Assembly: GCA_041496385.1 (NCBI GenBank)
Contig: JBGQEL010000021.1
Span: 1-55,210, forward strand
From: Candidatus Methylomirabilia bacterium
GTDB lineage: Bacteria > Methylomirabilota > Methylomirabilia > Rokubacteriales > CSP1-6
Length of the DNA stretch: 55,210 nucleotides
Reading direction: 5' to 3'
The notes beneath the pieces are model-generated. The model had not been told where the DNA came from and did no database searches. It saw nothing but the letters and a program-made list of their open reading frames with translations. Positions 52,471-55,210 of this stretch are shown piece after piece (the stretch's first letter is position 1; every line of letters begins with the position of its first letter). The translations under genes were made by a program, and so were the position numbers.

Positions 52471-53858
52471 AGATCTACAACACGATGACCCGTGGCAAGG
52501 AGGAGTTCGTTCCGGTCACGCCCAACGAGGCACGCATCTACGTCTGTGGCGTGACGCCATACGACTATTCGCACATCGGCCACGCGCGCAGCGCCGTCGT
52601 CTTCGACGTGATTCGCCGCTGGCTGGAATACAAGGGCTTCCGGGTGACGACCGTGCGGAACTACACCGATGTCGACGATAAGATCATCCGACGCGCCAAC
52701 CAGGAGGGCGTCTCCGCGACCGAGGTGTCGCAGCGGTTCATCAAGGCCGAGTGGCACGACATGCAAGCGCTCGACGTCATGCCACCCACCGTAGCGCCCA
52801 AGGCGACGGAGCACATCGCCGGGATGGTGGCGCTGATCGAGCGACTCGTGGCGAAGAGCATCGCCTATGTCGTGGACGGCGACGTGTACTTCGAGATCCG
52901 CCGCTTCCCCGCATATGGCAAGCTCTCTGGCAAAAATGTCGACGAACTGCTCGCCGGCGCACGCGTTGAAGTGGACGAACGCAAGCGCGATCCGCGCGAC
53001 TTCGCTCTCTGGAAGGCCACCAAGCCCGGTGAGCCGTTCTGGCCCAGTCCGTGGGGGCCCGGCCGCCCGGGCTGGCACATCGAGTGCTCGGTGATGGCCA
53101 TGCGATATCTCGGCGAGACGTTCGATATCCACGGCGGCGGCACCGATCTGATCTTCCCGCATCACGAGTGCGAGATCGCGCAGTCCGAGGCCGACACGGG
53201 CAAGACCTTCGCGCGCTATTGGCTGCACAACGGCATGCTGAATCTAGGCGCCGAGAAGATGTCGAAATCGGTCGGGAACACGCTCGCGATTCGGGAGCTC
53301 GTCAAGCGCCATCAGTCCGACGCCCTTAGGCTTTGGATGCTCGGCACGCACTACCGCAACCAGCTCGAGTGGTCCGAGGAGCGCGTGCAGGAGGCGGCTC
53401 GAGCCCTCGACCGGCTCTGGGGACCGATCGAGCAGGCGAAGAAATACAAGAGCTCGTCGACCTTCGCGTCTGCGGCCACGGCGCCGTTGCCGTCCGAGCT
53501 CGCCGAGTTCCCGGGGCGCTTCGTGACGGCGATGGACGACGACTTCAACACTCCGCAAGCGCTGAGCGTCCTTTTCGACTTGGTGCGCCTCCTGAATCAG
53601 GGCGAGCGGAGCGTTCAGGCTTTCGTTCGTGGCGCGGCCGAACTCGAGGCGCTGGCCGGCGCGCTGGGCTTCTCAGGCCCGCGTCGGCACGGGCTCCCCG
53701 CCGATCTGGCGAATCGCGTCGAATCGCTGATACGACGGAGGACCGAGGCCCGCGGCCGGCGCGACTGGAAGGAGGCAGACACCATCCGTGCCGAGATCGA
53801 GGGCATGGGCGTGGTGATCAGGGACACGCCCGCCGGCACCGAATGGGAACCGAAGTGA
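52467..53858 (+). CDS. cysS: cysteine--tRNA ligase
   Basis: YVCGVT, HIGH, DFALWK, GRPGWHIECS, FPHHE, KMSKS and MDDDFNT motifs. Confidence 0.98.
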   Translation: MKIYNTMTRGKEEFVPVTPNEARIYVCGVTPYDYSHIGHARSAVVFDVIRRWLEYKGFRVTTVRNYTDVDDKIIRRANQEGVSATEVSQRFIKAEWHDMQALDVMPPTVAPKATEHIAGMVALIERLVAKSIAYVVDGDVYFEIRRFPAYGKLSGKNVDELLAGARVEVDERKRDPRDFALWKATKPGEPFWPSPWGPGRPGWHIECSVMAMRYLGETFDIHGGGTDLIFPHHECEIAQSEADTGKTFARYWLHNGMLNLGAEKMSKSVGNTLAIRELVKRHQSDALRLWMLGTHYRNQLEWSEERVQEAARALDRLWGPIEQAKKYKSSSTFASAATAPLPSELAEFPGRFVTAMDDDFNTPQALSVLFDLVRLLNQGERSVQAFVRGAAELEALAGALGFSGPRRHGLPADLANRVESLIRRRTEARGRRDWKEADTIRAEIEGMGVVIRDTPAGTEWEPK

Positions 53859-54610
53859 CCGAGGGAGGTAGAATCTACGGCCGCAACCCGGTGCTCGAAC
53901 TGCTCCGGAGCGGCGGGCGTCGCGCCGATGAGATCGCCGTGCTGGCTGGTGCGCGGGGCCCTCTCGCCGAGGTGGTCGCGCTGGCGCGTCGTGCCGGCGT
54001 GAAAGTCTCCTTCCGCACCCGCGAGCAGCTCACGGCGATCGCCGGGACCGAGCGCCATCAGGGCGTGGTCGCGCGGGTGGCTTCGGCGGAGTACACGGAC
54101 CTCGGCGAACTGCTCGAGATTCCGACGAGTCGCGGCGAGCCCGCATTCTTCGTGGCCCTCGACCAAGTCCAGGACCCGAGGAACTTCGGCGCGCTCCTGA
54201 GGACGGCGGAGGTCTTTGGTGCCCACGGGGTCATCGTGCCCAAGCACCATCAAGTCGGTCTCACGGAGGCCGCCGTCCGCAGCGCGATGGGAGCGGTCGA
54301 GTACGTGGCGGTCGCTCGAGAAACGAATCTGGTGGCAGGCCTTGAAATACTCAAGAAATCAGGTGTTTGGATTTTTGGGAGCGCGGTGGACGGTGGAACG
54401 CCCGCGTGGGAGGCGGATCTCACGGGGCCGCTCTGTCTGGTCTTCGGGGGAGAGGGCGAGGGACTCCGCCCGTTGGTCGCGCGCACATGCGACGTCGTCC
54501 TGACGATCCCGATGGCGGGGCGGGTCGGCTCGTTGAACGTTGGTGCCGCCGGCGCCGCACTCTGCTACGAAGTCGCGCGGCAGAGGGCCCTGCGAGGTAA
54601 AACCTCTTGA
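53855..54610 (+). CDS. rlmB: 23S rRNA Gm2251 2'-O-methyltransferase (SpoU/TrmH family)
   Basis: IYGRNPV, HQGVVA, QDPRNFGALLR, GGEGEG and IPM...SLNV motifs. Confidence 0.95.
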   Translation: MTEGGRIYGRNPVLELLRSGGRRADEIAVLAGARGPLAEVVALARRAGVKVSFRTREQLTAIAGTERHQGVVARVASAEYTDLGELLEIPTSRGEPAFFVALDQVQDPRNFGALLRTAEVFGAHGVIVPKHHQVGLTEAAVRSAMGAVEYVAVARETNLVAGLEILKKSGVWIFGSAVDGGTPAWEADLTGPLCLVFGGEGEGLRPLVARTCDVVLTIPMAGRVGSLNVGAAGAALCYEVARQRALRGKTS

Positions 54611-54635
54611 CTAAACGAACACTCACGAATAAAGT
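54607..54635 (+). promoter_or_regulatory. sigma70 promoter of the tRNA-tuf operon
   Basis: TTGACT, 17 bp, TAAAGT in AT-rich DNA, 14 nt upstream of the first tRNA. Confidence 0.75.
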
Positions 54636-54649
54636 GAAGTTTTGTCTGT

Positions 54650-54724
54650 GCTGGCGTAGCTCAGTGGCAGAGCAACTGCCTTGTAAGCAGTGGGTCGGGG
54701 GTTCAAATCCTCCCGCCAGCGCCA
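54650..54724 (+). tRNA. tRNA-Thr (UGU)
   Basis: Acceptor GCTGGCG/CGCCAGC; anticodon arm ACTGC-CTTGTAA-GCAGT; GGTTCAAATCC; encoded CCA. Confidence 0.97.
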
Positions 54725-54761
54725 GCTTTTTCAAGGGGTTCCATCGCATGCCGGCGGATTC

Positions 54762-54847
54762 GGGGAGGTACCCAAGTGGCCAAAGGGGGCAGACTGTAAA
54801 TCTGCTGGCGTACGCCTTCGGGGGTTCAAATCCTCCCCTCCCCACCA
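54762..54847 (+). tRNA. tRNA-Tyr (GUA)
   Basis: Acceptor GGGGAGG/CCTCCCC; anticodon arm GCAGA-CTGTAAA-TCTGC; long variable arm; ACCA end. Confidence 0.97.
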
Positions 54848-54880
54848 CCTCGAATGATGACGAACCGGGGATACGGAAGG

Positions 54881-54955
54881 GCGGGAATAGCTCAGCGGTA
54901 GAGCGCCAGCCTTCCAAGCTGGGGGTCGCGGGTTCGAATCCCGTTTCCCGCTCCA
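54881..54955 (+). tRNA. tRNA-Gly (UCC)
   Basis: Acceptor GCGGGAA/TTCCCGC; anticodon arm CCAGC-CTTCCAA-GCTGG; TCCA end. Confidence 0.97.
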
Positions 54956-54969
54956 GGTTTTGTGGGATC

Positions 54970-55045
54970 GCCCATGTAGCTCAGTCGGCAGAGCGCGTCC
55001 TTGGTAAGGACGAGGTCTCCGGTTCAATCCCGGACATGGGCTCCA
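54970..55045 (+). tRNA. tRNA-Thr (GGU)
   Basis: Acceptor GCCCATG/CATGGGC; anticodon arm CGTCC-TTGGTAA-GGACG; TCCA end. Confidence 0.97.
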
Positions 55046-55088
55046 TCTCGAATAGCGCAGTCGTGACCGCCAACGGGAGGTAGCGCGC

Positions 55089-55210
55089 ATGGCGAAGGCG
55101 AAGTACGAGCGGACGAAGCCGCACGTGAACATTGGGACGATCGGGCACATCGATCACGGGAAGACGACGTTGACGGCGGCGATCACGAAGGTGTTGCACA
55201 CGAAGAACAA
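55089..55210 (+). CDS. tuf: elongation factor Tu; N-terminus, runs off the right edge
   Basis: [43 protein letters not shown]; classic Thr-Tyr-Gly-Thr-tufB arrangement. Confidence 0.98.
   Translation, partial: MAKAKYERTKPHVNIGTIGHIDHGKTTLTAAITKVLHTKN

Noticed and set aside
54650..55088. Integrated element at the tRNA cluster
   Set aside because: No integrase and no duplicated tRNA 3' end; the standard tRNA-tuf operon is intact.
54420..55199. ORFs spanning the tRNA cluster (54420-54917, 54607-55083, 54731-55150, 54981-55199)
   Set aside because: They overlap four clear tRNA genes and tuf, so they are spurious.

Overview
High-GC (roughly 70% by eye) bacterial chromosomal segment, almost all housekeeping and metabolic genes. 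The gene order (atpI-atpI-atpB-atpE-rex-mfd-surA-rho-rpmE-prfA-prmC-murA-hisGDBHAF(IE)-mlaEFD-radA-PIN/TRAM-ispDF-cysS-rlmB-tRNA Thr/Tyr/Gly/Thr-tuf) and composition suggest Methylomirabilota/Rokubacteria or a Deltaproteobacteria-like lineage; this is inference, not verified. The left part holds an IlvD/Edd dehydratase, an SDR/acyl-CoA dehydrogenase/enoyl-CoA hydratase module, a type III PKS-methyltransferase-flavoprotein cluster, a detached nuoLMN unit, and a glycerophosphodiester/glycerol-phosphate scavenging locus with a Pho-box-like promoter. No integrase, transposase, prophage gene or CRISPR array was seen. The most unusual signal is an unannotated ~50-bp dispersed repeat family at gene junctions: 933-960 (partial), 22863-22912, 22928-22977, 37071-37120 (minus strand) and 44238-44287. 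In front of glpK it forms two tandem 65-bp units, each a 22-codon ORF chained by ATGA overlaps so translational coupling is preserved. At hisA it appears to have been absorbed as a C-terminal protein extension. All identity counts are manual alignments, and all product calls come from motif recognition rather than database searches.
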